64,000 bases of DNA from an uncultured Flavobacteriaceae bacterium (lineage in GTDB: Bacteria; Bacteroidota; Bacteroidia; Flavobacteriales; Flavobacteriaceae), in the NCBI GenBank assembly GCA_913020475.1, contig CAJVZM010000001.1:18701-82700 (forward strand). Direction: 5' to 3'. Position 1 is the first letter of the stretch; each line of letters starts with the position of its first letter. Below the pieces are notes generated by a model. It saw only the letters and a program-made list of their open reading frames with translations. It did not search any database and had not been told where the DNA came from. The position numbers and the translations under genes are program-made. Positions 8,409 to 18,708 of the stretch are shown in pieces.

Positions 8409-10133
8409 CTATCTCCTTCCTGTGTTTGACTTCTTTTTTTCACAAGCTATCGCAGAACATTGCCGACAGTTGTCCAATCTCTCCTCTCCGAAGTACCTTA
8501 ATATTTTGTTGCGTTTGCATTTGGATTTTTCAAAGGCATAGTCGAGCATAAAAGTAACTTTGTCAATTTTTAGCTGATTGTGAGCTTCGATCCTTTTGAG
8601 AAAGGGATTTAGCGTGAATTGGTCTTCTCGTGGAACTTTCCAGGAGAGTTTGATGTCTGTATTGTACTGTTTATACTCCAAAACATTCTCTTTGTCCATT
8701 AACCCAATTTTTTTTTGAATTTCATCAAAACCTAAACCAATTAAATCTACGACTTGTCCCAGATTAATTTTCCTTTCTTTTCTAAAAATTTCTTCATAAT
8801 TGCGCATCAAAAACTGAAGTATTCTAGCGGCATCGTCACCCTGTTCTGTTCTGCTTAGAGCTGCTGAGGGAGTACACTTGATCTTTAAATAGGTTTGGGT
8901 TTCATGCATGGACTGCATTTCTAAAACCCCTTCTCTTTCTAGTATCCTAAAACAGTGCTGAGCTTTTTTTGGGTGAAAATCATAAGTACCGCAAAAGTCC
9001 TTCAGGCTGAGTTTGAATTCCTCTCCCTTACCGTCCCCATAGCCAATCTGTAGGTAGTCACATAGTTTTTTAAAAAAGCGTTTGAGGTATTTAGAGTCGG
9101 GAAGATGTCTCAAAAACTGATTTTTTAACCGTTCTTTATCTCCAGGGTGAATCAAAAGAACAGCTACTGAATGAAGTCCATCTCTTCCAGCTCTACCTGT
9201 TTCTTGATAGTATGATTCCATACTTTCTGGCATGATCAAATGAATTACTTTCCTAACGTTGCTTTTGTCAATACCCATCCCGAAAGCATTGGTGGCTACC
9301 ATAATGTGACGGACTTCGTTTTTCCAATCCTCCAGCATTTGTTTTTTTTGTCTCGCCTCCAAACCACCGTGATAAAATCCTGCTTTTAGGCCCCATCTTT
9401 GGAGTTGTTGGGCAGTGTGTTCCGTTTTGGAGCGCGATCGACAATAGATGATGACTGATTCATAAGGAGATGTGGTCAGTAGCTTTTTCAGTGTCTCCAT
9501 TTTATCGTCTACTCGGCGAATTTCATACCGAATGTTTTTTCGTTCAAATGTTGTGCTGAAGATTTTGGGGTGGATTAAACCCAAGGCTGAGTTGATATCT
9601 TTTAACACTTTTGGAGTTGCAGTTGCAGTAAGCGCCATAAAGGGGATATCGGTAAACAAGAGTCTTAAATTCTTTATGAGTCTAAAGGCAGGCCTAAAGT
9701 CGTGTCCCCACTCCGAAATACAATGCGCCTCGTCTATGGCGATCCCTTTGATGGGTAATTTTTCGATTTGACGAAGAAATTCCTCGCTAATCAATCTTTC
9801 GGGAGAACAGTAAATCAATTTAAAATCACCGTTACGAGCATTTTCCAATTGACGGTAAAGATCCTTTTTACCCCCTTGACTCTCAAAAAACATCGATTTT
9901 ATTCCTCGTTGGTTGAGTTGACTCACCTGATCTTGCATCAGCGAAATCAGTGGTGAAATCACCAAAGTTTGCCCCTCGTTTAACAAGGCAGGGAGTTGAT
10001 AACAAAGGGATTTTCCACTTCCAGTGGGCATTAATACCAGGGTGTCTTTTCCCTTAAGATAATGTTGGATCACTTCCTCTTGTAAAGGCCTAAAGGCATC
10101 GCTTTTCCAGTATTGCTTTAAGTAATCAAGCAT
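8409..10133 (-). CDS. RecQ-family ATP-dependent DNA helicase (short form)
   Basis: 574 aa. It has Walker A PTGSGKS, DEAH box IDEAHCISEWGHDFRP, helicase C motifs (ATNAFGMGIDK, QETGRAGRDG) and a Cys-rich C-terminus. Confidence 0.85.
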   Translation of the reverse strand: MLDYLKQYWKSDAFRPLQEEVIQHYLKGKDTLVLMPTGSGKSLCYQLPALLNEGQTLVISPLISLMQDQVSQLNQRGIKSMFFESQGGKKDLYRQLENARNGDFKLIYCSPERLISEEFLRQIEKLPIKGIAIDEAHCISEWGHDFRPAFRLIKNLRLLFTDIPFMALTATATPKVLKDINSALGLIHPKIFSTTFERKNIRYEIRRVDDKMETLKKLLTTSPYESVIIYCRSRSKTEHTAQQLQRWGLKAGFYHGGLEARQKKQMLEDWKNEVRHIMVATNAFGMGIDKSNVRKVIHLIMPESMESYYQETGRAGRDGLHSVAVLLIHPGDKERLKNQFLRHLPDSKYLKRFFKKLCDYLQIGYGDGKGEEFKLSLKDFCGTYDFHPKKAQHCFRILEREGVLEMQSMHETQTYLKIKCTPSAALSRTEQGDDAARILQFLMRNYEEIFRKERKINLGQVVDLIGLGFDEIQKKIGLMDKENVLEYKQYNTDIKLSWKVPREDQFTLNPFLKRIEAHNQLKIDKVTFMLDYAFEKSKCKRNKILRYFGEERLDNCRQCSAIACEKKKSNTGRR

Positions 10134-10137
10134 TTTT

Positions 10138-10695
10138 TCAACGATTCAAGTACTTGAGTAGGGTTGAAATCCTGACCTCTGGTCTTTCAAAAGGAATTTC
10201 AACAATGGGAATCTTATATTTTTGATAGGTTTTTTTAATGTAAAAATACAGTTTTTCAGCTTCCTCAAAATCTTCCTTTCGTTCATTGTCTTGGATATAA
10301 ATGGCCTCCCAAGGGGGGAGAAGCATGGCCATGTCATAGTGAAAAGATGATGGGTCAAACTGACGTGGGTTATAGGTTACTCCAATGTAGTCCAAGTATG
10401 CCACCACATCGTGCAGACCCCTATCGAAGAATGTATATGAACTTTTTGTTTTGTTGATCTTTGGTTTGAATTTTTCATATTTTTCTCTTCTTGCTTTCCA
10501 AACTTCCTCACTAAAATATAGCGGTTGAGATTTAAAAATATTATGTTCCCCTTTTTTTTGAGCATTTTCAATAAGGGTTCTCGAAAATTCGTCAACGCAT
10601 ACGTAGCCATTGCGACGCAATAAATTGACCAAAGTGGTTTTCCCACTTCCTGGTCCCCCGCTAATTACTATTTTTTTATTTTCAAACAGAGGCAT
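10138..10695 (-). CDS. AAA-type P-loop ATPase (NadR/AAA_28-like)
   Basis: 185 aa with P-loop ISGGPGSGKTTL near the N-terminus. It starts 4 nt downstream of the helicase gene on the same strand. Confidence 0.6.
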   Translation of the reverse strand: MPLFENKKIVISGGPGSGKTTLVNLLRRNGYVCVDEFSRTLIENAQKKGEHNIFKSQPLYFSEEVWKARREKYEKFKPKINKTKSSYTFFDRGLHDVVAYLDYIGVTYNPRQFDPSSFHYDMAMLLPPWEAIYIQDNERKEDFEEAEKLYFYIKKTYQKYKIPIVEIPFERPEVRISTLLKYLNR

Positions 10696-10752
10696 CAGTG
10701 CTTCTTAATTGACAGAGATATCGAGTATATTTGCACAAAATAATATTCCTTA

Positions 10753-11043
10753 ATGAATTCAAAGGAAAAACCTGAAGATTTTTACGAAAGATTCCAAAAA
10801 CAATTGGAGGAATCTCAAAACTGGCCCGATCTGTATATGTTCAAATTTATTGTTAAGTCGAACAGCCATCAGATTAATAAACTTAAGGATTTATTCAATA
10901 ATCCCAGCAAGGGTGTTTCATTGGTCAATTCCTCCAAAAACAAGTTTCAAAGTCTCACCATAACCATTGAGATGAAATCCCCACAGCAAGTGATCGCTAT
11001 TTACAAAAAAGCTTCTGAGTTAGAGGGGGTTATCATTTTGTAA
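10753..11043 (+). CDS. DUF493 (YbeD-like) small protein
   Basis: 96 aa. YMFKFIVKS and the overall size match my memory of the DUF493 family. Support is weak. Confidence 0.45.
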   Translation: MNSKEKPEDFYERFQKQLEESQNWPDLYMFKFIVKSNSHQINKLKDLFNNPSKGVSLVNSSKNKFQSLTITIEMKSPQQVIAIYKKASELEGVIIL

Positions 11044-11128
11044 TTAATTATGTAATTAAAGAGCGGATAATTTGAATTTTAGTAAATTGCAGCTTTCCAA
11101 CCTCACTTAAGATAAATTTTTTCCCATA

Positions 11129-11773
11129 ATGGAAACATTACAATACAATACCAAAAGAACCCAGTTGATAATTCCCGAGTATGGCAGACATGTTCAGTTG
11201 ATGATTAATCAAATCTTAGAGACTCAAGACCGAGAGGAGCGCAATAAAATGGCTAGGGCAGTTATTGGAATTATGGGTAATATGAACCCCCATTTACGAG
11301 ATGTTCCTGATTTCCAGCATAAATTATGGGATCAGCTTTTTATCATGTCCAATTTTGAGTTGGATGTTGACAGTCCATATGAGAAACCCCAAAAAGAGGT
11401 TCTGGCACAGAAGCCCGATCGCTTGGCATATCCTCAACGTAATCCCAAATATCGATTTTATGGCAATAACATAAAAAGTATGATTAATGTAGCAATGAAC
11501 TGGGAAGAGGGAGACCTCAAGCATGCACTGGTTTACAACATTGCCAATCATATGAAAAAATGTTTCCTCAACTGGAATAAAGATACGGTTCAAGACGAGG
11601 TCATTCTCAACCACTTAATGGAATTGTCTGACAAAAAACTAAAGGTGAGAGAAGAAGATTTACCATTGACCGATTCCTCCGAATTTCTTAAAATTCGTTC
11701 AAAAAATGGCAATGGTTCCAAAAGCAATCAAAAACAGAGGAACAAAAGAAATAACAGTCGTAAAAGATATTAA
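11129..11773 (+). CDS. DUF4290 domain protein with basic C-terminal tail
   Basis: 214 aa. LIIPEYGRHVQLMI at the N-terminus and a position immediately upstream of murA match the conserved Bacteroidetes DUF4290-murA arrangement as I remember it. Confidence 0.6.
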   Translation: METLQYNTKRTQLIIPEYGRHVQLMINQILETQDREERNKMARAVIGIMGNMNPHLRDVPDFQHKLWDQLFIMSNFELDVDSPYEKPQKEVLAQKPDRLAYPQRNPKYRFYGNNIKSMINVAMNWEEGDLKHALVYNIANHMKKCFLNWNKDTVQDEVILNHLMELSDKKLKVREEDLPLTDSSEFLKIRSKNGNGSKSNQKQRNKRNNSRKRY

Positions 11774-11785
11774 TTTGCAGCTTTA

Positions 11786-13099
11786 ATGGGAAGTTTTCAG
11801 ATTGAAGGAGATCATCGTCTAAAAGGCAACATTACCCCTCAAGGGGCAAAAAACGAAGCTTTGCAAATTTTGTGTGCAGTTTTGCTCACAGAGGAAACGG
11901 TTACCATTTCTAATATCCCAGATATTGTTGATGTCAATAAACTTATAGCACTCCTCAAAAAAATGGGGGTCAAAGTAACCTTCCTACAAAAAGGAAAATA
12001 TGCTTTTACTGCCGATGCTATTGATCTCAATTTTCTGGATACCCAAGATTATAAAACCCACGCTAAGCAGTTAAGAGGATCGGTAATGCTGGTGGGCCCT
12101 ATGTTGTCGAAATACGGCAAGGGGTCAATCCCTCGTCCGGGTGGAGACAAGATTGGCAGAAGAAGATTGGATACCCATTTTGAGGGACTCAAATTGTTGG
12201 GGGCTCATTTTCATTATAACAAAGAAGACTATTTTTATACGGTAAGTGCCGACCAGCTTCAGGGACAAGATCTCTTGTTGGAAGAGGCTTCTGTAACAGG
12301 AACAGCCAATATTGTAATGGCTGCGGTTTTGGCCAATGGAACCACCACCATCTACAATGCTGCCTGTGAGCCCTATCTGCAACAATTGTGTAAAATGTTG
12401 AACAGCATGGGGGCTAAAATTGCTGGTGTAGGCTCCAACCTCCTCACCATTGAAGGAGTAAGCTCTTTGTCAGGAACAGAACACCACATACTGCCCGATA
12501 TGGTTGAAATAGGAAGTTGGATTGGGTTGGCAGCGATGACCAAAAGTGAAATCACCATTCAAAATGTCAGTTGGGATGATTTGGGTCAAATTCCCAATGT
12601 ATTCTCAAAACTCGGAATTCAGCTTGAAAGAAAAGGAGATGATATTTTTATTCCTGCTCATGAAAACGGCTATGAGATTCAGAGTTATATCGATGGTTCT
12701 ATATTGACCGTATCTGATGCCCCTTGGCCCGGTTTTACCCCCGACCTGCTCAGTATTGTTTTGGTTGTAGCCACCCAAGCCCGAGGAAGTGTATTGATCC
12801 ACCAAAAAATGTTTGAAAGCCGACTGTTTTTTGTCGATAAACTCATTGATATGGGGGCCAAAATTATTTTGTGCGATCCCCACCGTGCAACGGTAATAGG
12901 ACATGACTTTAAATCGCAACTCAAGGCTACGGTGATGACCTCCCCCGATATTAGGGCTGGAATTTCCCTTTTGATTGCCGCACTTTCCGCAAAAGGAACC
13001 AGTACCATCTTCAATATCGAGCAAATCGATCGCGGTTATGAAAACATTGTACAACGACTTCAAAAAATAGGGGCTAAAATCGAACGTTTTGACTCCTAA
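11786..13099 (+). CDS. murA: UDP-N-acetylglucosamine 1-carboxyvinyltransferase
   Basis: 437 aa. GAKNEALQILCAVLL, RPGGDKIGRRRLDTH and the EPSP-synthase-fold repeats are typical of MurA. Confidence 0.9.
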   Translation: MGSFQIEGDHRLKGNITPQGAKNEALQILCAVLLTEETVTISNIPDIVDVNKLIALLKKMGVKVTFLQKGKYAFTADAIDLNFLDTQDYKTHAKQLRGSVMLVGPMLSKYGKGSIPRPGGDKIGRRRLDTHFEGLKLLGAHFHYNKEDYFYTVSADQLQGQDLLLEEASVTGTANIVMAAVLANGTTTIYNAACEPYLQQLCKMLNSMGAKIAGVGSNLLTIEGVSSLSGTEHHILPDMVEIGSWIGLAAMTKSEITIQNVSWDDLGQIPNVFSKLGIQLERKGDDIFIPAHENGYEIQSYIDGSILTVSDAPWPGFTPDLLSIVLVVATQARGSVLIHQKMFESRLFFVDKLIDMGAKIILCDPHRATVIGHDFKSQLKATVMTSPDIRAGISLLIAALSAKGTSTIFNIEQIDRGYENIVQRLQKIGAKIERFDS

Positions 13100-13117
13100 A
13101 TAGCTTTTACTCTCCCC

Positions 13118-13945
13118 ATGCCCAAGTCTTTTTTCTTACTGCTCTATTTTTGTATACTGCCGCTTTTTGGTTTTGCACAGACTTCTATTGCCGGTCAAAT
13201 AATTGATGCCGATAGCCAACAGCCACTGCCCTATGTCAATGTTGGGTTGGTCGATCTCAACCTAGGAACTGTTACTGACGAAGAGGGATTTTTTGAATTT
13301 GAGGTGTCCGATGGGGTAGATACAAATGCACTGTTGCGTTTTTCCATGATCGGGTTCCAAACCATAGAGTACTCCCTAAAAGATTATATCAAACAAGACC
13401 TTTTCTTTATTCCAATGGCCGAAGAAACTACTGCCTTGGATGAAGTGGTGGTTAGTACCCAGCGCACAAAATTTGAAAACAAAATTTTGGGTAATAAAAC
13501 CACCTCCAAGATGATCTATGCGGCTTTTACCACCAACCGACTAGGAAACGAAATGGGATTTGTGGTGCGTCAAAGAAAACGCCCCATGATCCTCAAAAAA
13601 TTCAATATTTCTATCGTCCAAAACGACTTTTTTCCATTGCGGTTTCGACTCAATTTTTATACCGTTGAAAACGGAATGCCTGCTAAAACACTTTTGGATC
13701 AAAACATCCTCATCGAAACCGATATTGAATCTGGCATTATTACCAAAGACTTGAGCCCTTATGAAATAGTGATCGATCAAGACTTTTTTGTTGCGATCGA
13801 ATGGATAGAGGATTTGGGGCCAGGAAATCTCTTTTTTTCCGGGGGCTTTTTTGGGTCTCCTTTGATCGCTCGTGAAGTTAGTCAAGGAACTTGGTCCAAA
13901 GTGGGCACTGCCAGTGTGGGCATGAATGTAGAGGTCAGGTATTGA
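13118..13945 (+). CDS. Carboxypeptidase-regulatory-like domain protein, secreted
   Basis: 275 aa with a signal peptide. IAGQIIDADSQQPLPYVNVGLVDLNLGTVTDEEGFFEF is the CarboxypepD_reg-type beta-sandwich motif. Confidence 0.6.
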   Translation: MPKSFFLLLYFCILPLFGFAQTSIAGQIIDADSQQPLPYVNVGLVDLNLGTVTDEEGFFEFEVSDGVDTNALLRFSMIGFQTIEYSLKDYIKQDLFFIPMAEETTALDEVVVSTQRTKFENKILGNKTTSKMIYAAFTTNRLGNEMGFVVRQRKRPMILKKFNISIVQNDFFPLRFRLNFYTVENGMPAKTLLDQNILIETDIESGIITKDLSPYEIVIDQDFFVAIEWIEDLGPGNLFFSGGFFGSPLIAREVSQGTWSKVGTASVGMNVEVRY

Positions 13946-13956
13946 TTATTATTTGA

Positions 13957-14244
13957 CTACTTTCGTTTGGAGACTTTGTTGTTACTGATTCCCCTTTGAC
14001 GACTGCATTTGAAACGATCCACCTGAGTTCCTCGCTGTTTGAGGTGTTTGGTTTTTCGACCTTGAACCCTCTCTCTCCACATTTTAAAGCTGCTGGATTT
14101 CATCTCCCGTCGCATCATTCGAATGACTTCCTCTTCCTTGAGTCCAAACTGTAGCTTAATGGCATCAAAGGGCGTACGGTCTTCCCAAGCCATTTCAATG
14201 ACCCGGTCTATTTGTTCCGGTTTTAAGTCGAGCTGTTTTTTCAT
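13957..14244 (-). CDS. TIGR03643/DUF2805-like small basic protein
   Basis: 95 aa. IEMAWEDRTPFDAIKLQFGL..E.V..MR matches my memory of the DUF2805 family, which commonly sits beside photolyase genes. Confidence 0.55.
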   Translation of the reverse strand: MKKQLDLKPEQIDRVIEMAWEDRTPFDAIKLQFGLKEEEVIRMMRREMKSSSFKMWRERVQGRKTKHLKQRGTQVDRFKCSRQRGISNNKVSKRK

Positions 14245-14270
14245 CGATTTTTATACTTTATAGCCATCTT

Positions 14271-15758
14271 CTATCTCATCAAACTGTTTCGGTCAGCAAG
14301 GGTGTGTTTGGCCAAAATTCTTTTTCCTTCTTTTCTAACGGGAGTGCTTTTGGACAAAGGCCAAAGAGCACTGGTGGCGTGTTTTCTCGCTTTTTGAAGA
14401 TCCACAATAGGTTGGGGATAGGTTTTTCCAAGCTCAAAATCATATACCCCAGCTTCTATGGAAGTGAGTTCCCAAGGGGTATGAATCATTTCCTCGGGTA
14501 GGTTTTTCAGCTCAGGAATCCATTGTTTTACAAACAATCCTTTGGGGTCGTGTTCTTGTCCGTTTTTGACAGGGTTGTAGATTCTCAGCATATTAATGCC
14601 TGTTACCCCCGCTTGCATTTGCAGTTGAGGGTAATGGATACCCGCTTCGAAATCCAAAAATTGTCTGGCCAAAAAATGAGCACAGGCCTGCCAGGGTTGC
14701 CACAAATGGTGGCAAAAAAAAGAAACCACCAACGCACGCATTCTGAAATTCAAATAGCCCGTTTGGACCAAACAGCGCATGGCCGCATCGACCAACGGTA
14801 CACCCGTATTTCCTTTTTCCCAGGCATTGATGTAAGCTTTGTTAATGGGTTTGTCCAATTTTTGATAGCCCTTGTTGATGCATTCAAACTCCATGGAGCA
14901 CTCCATTTCAAATTTTTGGATAAAGTGAGATTGCCATCTGAGACGAGAACCAAAGGCTTTGAGGGCAAAACTTTTGTTGCCGATTGAGGTTTCGTATTCG
15001 GTTTTTTGCAAAACTTGTCGCATCGAAAGGTTCCCAAAAGCCAGGTATGGGGACAAGCGACTGCAGGCCCTGCGCGACAAATCGGGTTTGGAAATATGTT
15101 TTTGGTAATTGCGGTAACGCTCTTTAAAGAATGAGTAGAGATAACGTACTGCATTGTGGGTGCCTCCTGCTTGTCGCAAGGAGTGTTTTTCGGTTTGGAG
15201 TGCTGATTCATCTATGCCCAATGACAATCGATCAATTTCTCTTTTTGAAATCAAAGACTCCTTTTTCAAGGGAGTTTTTTCAATGGGTTGGTTCATCAAA
15301 ACATCCCATTTTTGCAACCATTTCACACGGTTTTTCATTCCTCTAAACACCCCTTGTTGGTGTTTTTCTTCAAAAGAGATTTTTTCTTTTTGGCACCATC
15401 GCATCACAGCTAAATCTCTTTGGTAGGTTACCATTACTCCCGTTTCTTGGTGGGCCCATATTTTTTCGATGCGGTATTCCCTTGAAATAGATTCCAATAC
15501 GCTGATGACCTTTCCTTGGGCGGTTAGGACCTTAGTGTTAAAGGCTTTTAATGCTTCATTGAGTGCGCAAATTGATTGTTTGATGAAGTCAAAATGACGT
15601 GGGCTGCAATGAGGGTCTTCCAACAACAGGTCTTCCAATACAAATAGCAGCAGTGTCCTTCGCCCCGATTTTAGGGCATGGGTGAGGGGAGGGTGATCCT
15701 CGAGTCGGAGATCTCTTTTTAGCCAAACAATATGTATGGGTTCCAGATCAGAAATCAT
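14271..15758 (-). CDS. Photolyase/cryptochrome-family FAD-binding protein, divergent subclass
   Basis: 495 aa. It has the N-terminal photolyase alpha/beta motif IVWLKRDLRLEDHPPL, and a C-terminal FAD-domain pattern GVPLVDAAMRCL..TGYLNFRMRALVVSF..LRIYNP. The usual N-x-G-x-W-Q-W box is replaced (see findings). Confidence 0.7.
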   Translation of the reverse strand: MISDLEPIHIVWLKRDLRLEDHPPLTHALKSGRRTLLLFVLEDLLLEDPHCSPRHFDFIKQSICALNEALKAFNTKVLTAQGKVISVLESISREYRIEKIWAHQETGVMVTYQRDLAVMRWCQKEKISFEEKHQQGVFRGMKNRVKWLQKWDVLMNQPIEKTPLKKESLISKREIDRLSLGIDESALQTEKHSLRQAGGTHNAVRYLYSFFKERYRNYQKHISKPDLSRRACSRLSPYLAFGNLSMRQVLQKTEYETSIGNKSFALKAFGSRLRWQSHFIQKFEMECSMEFECINKGYQKLDKPINKAYINAWEKGNTGVPLVDAAMRCLVQTGYLNFRMRALVVSFFCHHLWQPWQACAHFLARQFLDFEAGIHYPQLQMQAGVTGINMLRIYNPVKNGQEHDPKGLFVKQWIPELKNLPEEMIHTPWELTSIEAGVYDFELGKTYPQPIVDLQKARKHATSALWPLSKSTPVRKEGKRILAKHTLADRNSLMR

Positions 15759-17283
15759 CGGGATTCTCTATTATGGACAATGCCCTGTTTTTGATTTCTT
15801 CCTTTTCTAAGGCGGGGATTTTTTCCAATAAACGCAACATCATGGCCATGCGATTGTTTTTTTGGAAATGTTCTTTTTTATCGTCCAAAAAATTCCAGTA
15901 GAGACTGTTGAAAGGGCAAGCGTTTTCGCCTGTTCTTTTGGATCGGTCATATCGACATTCCTCACAGTAGTTGCTCATTTTGTATATGTAGGCGCCCGAA
16001 GAGACATAGGGTTTGGTGGCCACAATACCACCATCGGCCCATTGGCTCATGCCACGGGTGTTGGGTAACTGTACCCATTCTATTGCATCGGCATAGATGC
16101 CCAAATACCAATCATCTACCTCATCGGGATGGCACTGAATCAACAAAGCAAAATTGCCGGTGATCATCAATCGCTGAATGTGGTGGGCATAGGCAGTTTT
16201 TAAAGAATCCGTAATGCTTTCTTTAAGGCAATTCATTTTTGTTTTTCCCGTCCAAAAGAAGTCGGGAAGTTGATTGAAATTTTCGAGTTGGTTTCGGCTT
16301 TTGTAGTCGGGCATTTCTCGCCAATAGATCCCCCGCATGTATTCGCGCCAACCCAATATTTGCCTTACAAACCCTTCTACTTGTGAAAGCGCTATGGCTT
16401 CAGGATTTTTGTGGTAGTGATCAATCACCACTTTCATTACCTCCATAGGATGGAGTATTTTGGTATTTAGGGCAAAAGAAATTTTGGAGTGGAAGAGGTT
16501 GCGTTGTGCCGTATGCATGGCATCTTGATAATCCCCAAAATGAACCAATAGGTGTTTACAGAAATAATCCAATTGCTCCAAGGCTTCAGTCCTATTGGCG
16601 GGGAAAAGATAGTTTTCAGCATCATAAGTTCCTATGGATTTGATCCCAGCTTGGGTGATGGACTTATAGACTTCTTGATTTCCCTGATTCTTGGTCTTGA
16701 AGGGGGGTGGAATGGCGGGATTGCCTTTCCATTTCTTGCGGTTGTTTTTGTCAAAATTCCACTGTCCCCCCAAAGGTTTTCCTTGTTCCATCAATAAATC
16801 AAATTTCTTCCGCATTTCGCGGTAGAAGAACTCCATGATCAATTGTTTTTTGCCTTCAAAAAAAGATTTTAGATCCTCTCTTGTGGTCAAAAAGTGCTCA
16901 GTATCAAAACTTTCTGAAGGGATGTCGATGTGGTTACTTATGGACTTGAGTTGTTGGTCCAAACGGTATTCATCGGGGAGTTGATATTCGAATTTTGTAA
17001 ATCCTTTTTCGGCAATAAGGTCTTTGATATTGTCCTCTAAAGACTTTTTGGAAGCTGGACTGTTGATGTCAAAATAGAGTACTTGGTGACCTTGTTTTTG
17101 GAGGTCTGAGGCAAAAGCCCGCATGGCAGAAAAAAAAGCAACTATTTTTTGAATGTGATGAATCACATAATGCGTCTCCTGATGTAATTCATAGAGTACA
17201 TAAAAGGTGTTGTCCTCTTGCTTGTCAAACCAAGAGTGTTTCAAGTTCAATTGATCGCCCAAAAGTAGTCTCAGTTTCATCAA
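15748..17283 (-). CDS. FeS-BCP-type cryptochrome/photolyase family protein (bacterial (6-4) photolyase-like)
   Basis: 511 aa. Its N-terminus [11 protein letters not shown] is unlike classical photolyases. It has HHIQRLMITGNF and four Cys at residues 352, 440, 443 and 456 (KMNC...YCEECRYDRSKRTGENAC). It overlaps the downstream gene by 11 nt. Confidence 0.7.
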   Translation of the reverse strand: MMKLRLLLGDQLNLKHSWFDKQEDNTFYVLYELHQETHYVIHHIQKIVAFFSAMRAFASDLQKQGHQVLYFDINSPASKKSLEDNIKDLIAEKGFTKFEYQLPDEYRLDQQLKSISNHIDIPSESFDTEHFLTTREDLKSFFEGKKQLIMEFFYREMRKKFDLLMEQGKPLGGQWNFDKNNRKKWKGNPAIPPPFKTKNQGNQEVYKSITQAGIKSIGTYDAENYLFPANRTEALEQLDYFCKHLLVHFGDYQDAMHTAQRNLFHSKISFALNTKILHPMEVMKVVIDHYHKNPEAIALSQVEGFVRQILGWREYMRGIYWREMPDYKSRNQLENFNQLPDFFWTGKTKMNCLKESITDSLKTAYAHHIQRLMITGNFALLIQCHPDEVDDWYLGIYADAIEWVQLPNTRGMSQWADGGIVATKPYVSSGAYIYKMSNYCEECRYDRSKRTGENACPFNSLYWNFLDDKKEHFQKNNRMAMMLRLLEKIPALEKEEIKNRALSIIENPDDF

Positions 17284-18590
17284 AATAAGGTTTTTTGAAG
17301 CCAGAGGTTCTGAAATTTCCTCTTGGCATCATAGCGTTCGGCTTGCCATCGTACATCAAATTTTCTGTCTCGGGGATCGTTGCCCACTCCCGAAACATAC
17401 ATCCAGTTGCCATAATTGCTATGAACATCATAGTCCAGCAATAGCGATTCAAAGTAGGCTGCTCCCATGCGCCAGTCCATCTTCATATCTTTGGCAAAGT
17501 AACTGGCCACATTTTGTCGTCCGCGATTACTCATCCATCCCGTTTTTTTCATCTCGACCATATTGGCATTGACAAAAGACTCGGGGGTCTGTCCTTCGGC
17601 CCATTGCTCGAATCTTTTTGTGTCAGTCTCCCAGCGGTAGTCTCTTTCCAAAATCCCTCCGAGTTGAAAGATTTTGTTTCCGTGTTTCAAAGAAATGTAT
17701 TTAAAATAATCCCTCCAGATCAATTCAAAAATGAGCCAATAAGTGGATTGGTTTTTTTGGATTTCACTTTCGTAGCGTTTGATTTCCCAGTAAATTATTT
17801 TTGGAGAAAGAGAACCATTGGCCAGCCAAGGGGAGAACTTTGAACTGTAGTCCGTTCCCAAGAGCCCGTTGCGGGTGTTTTTGTAATAGCATAGTTTTTT
17901 GCTGTTCCAAAAATAATGCTCCAATCGTTGTATGGCATTTTGAGTTCCCCCCCGAAAAGGGAAAGCTGATCGAGCATCTGTTTCAAAACCTTCCAAACCC
18001 AAATCGGAAAGATGAGGGAGGGGATGATCAAGTGCGATTCTGTTGGTTTTTGCTAGGGGTTGGTTTGAGGAAATAAGGGGTCTTACGGTGACTTCTTTTT
18101 CACATTTCCTCCTGAAATTACCGAATACTTCGGGCGTTTGTTGGATTGAAAAAGTGAGCTCATCAGGGTGAAACAAAAATTGTTCGTAATGTCGAATCCA
18201 TTGGATGGAGGAACTGGCTTTTGATGCAACGGCAATTTCTTCTTTTTTTTCTTCGTCTGTCCATTCCTCTTGCAAATAAACCGTTTGAACATCATATTGT
18301 TGTAGGTAATCGACCAACGAGTCCTCTGCTGCGTCTAGGTCTATGATCAGAGAAATGTTCAGCTCTTGCAGTGCAGTTTTAAGCGCTGCAACACTCTCTA
18401 TTAGAAACTGAGCTCTGTATTTTTCAGTTTTCTTAAAACCCCATGCAGTGGGTTGAAATAGTTTAGGAGAAAAAGAATAGTAAGCAATTACTCTTTTTTG
18501 AGAAGCCAAGGCTTGTTGTAATCCCTGATGATCTTCTACCCTTAAATCATTCCTAAACCAAACCAGAACCGATGCTATGCTTTCTGACAT
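17280..18590 (-). CDS. DASH-family cryptochrome
   Basis: 436 aa. [31 protein letters not shown] and [14 protein letters not shown] fit Cry-DASH. There is a 4-nt ATGA overlap with the downstream gene. Confidence 0.75.
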   Translation of the reverse strand: MSESIASVLVWFRNDLRVEDHQGLQQALASQKRVIAYYSFSPKLFQPTAWGFKKTEKYRAQFLIESVAALKTALQELNISLIIDLDAAEDSLVDYLQQYDVQTVYLQEEWTDEEKKEEIAVASKASSSIQWIRHYEQFLFHPDELTFSIQQTPEVFGNFRRKCEKEVTVRPLISSNQPLAKTNRIALDHPLPHLSDLGLEGFETDARSAFPFRGGTQNAIQRLEHYFWNSKKLCYYKNTRNGLLGTDYSSKFSPWLANGSLSPKIIYWEIKRYESEIQKNQSTYWLIFELIWRDYFKYISLKHGNKIFQLGGILERDYRWETDTKRFEQWAEGQTPESFVNANMVEMKKTGWMSNRGRQNVASYFAKDMKMDWRMGAAYFESLLLDYDVHSNYGNWMYVSGVGNDPRDRKFDVRWQAERYDAKRKFQNLWLQKTLF

Positions 18591-18708
18591 TTTTTACTGC
18601 AATATTTTACGTTTTCCCAATCTCTTTCCCATTTCTTTCTCCAATGAAAAGGGCGCTGGCATTTTGGGCAAGTTTTTGTGGGCAGGTGCTCTTTTTTGAC
18701 CCCTCTCA

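Noticed and set aside
8409-10695. The RecQ-family helicase plus adjacent P-loop ATPase as a possible helicase/ATPase defence system.
   Set aside because: The pair sits among core genes (fmt, HU, murA). No nuclease, methylase, sensor or mobile-element gene is nearby. The helicase has ordinary RecQ motifs, so a housekeeping role is more parsimonious.
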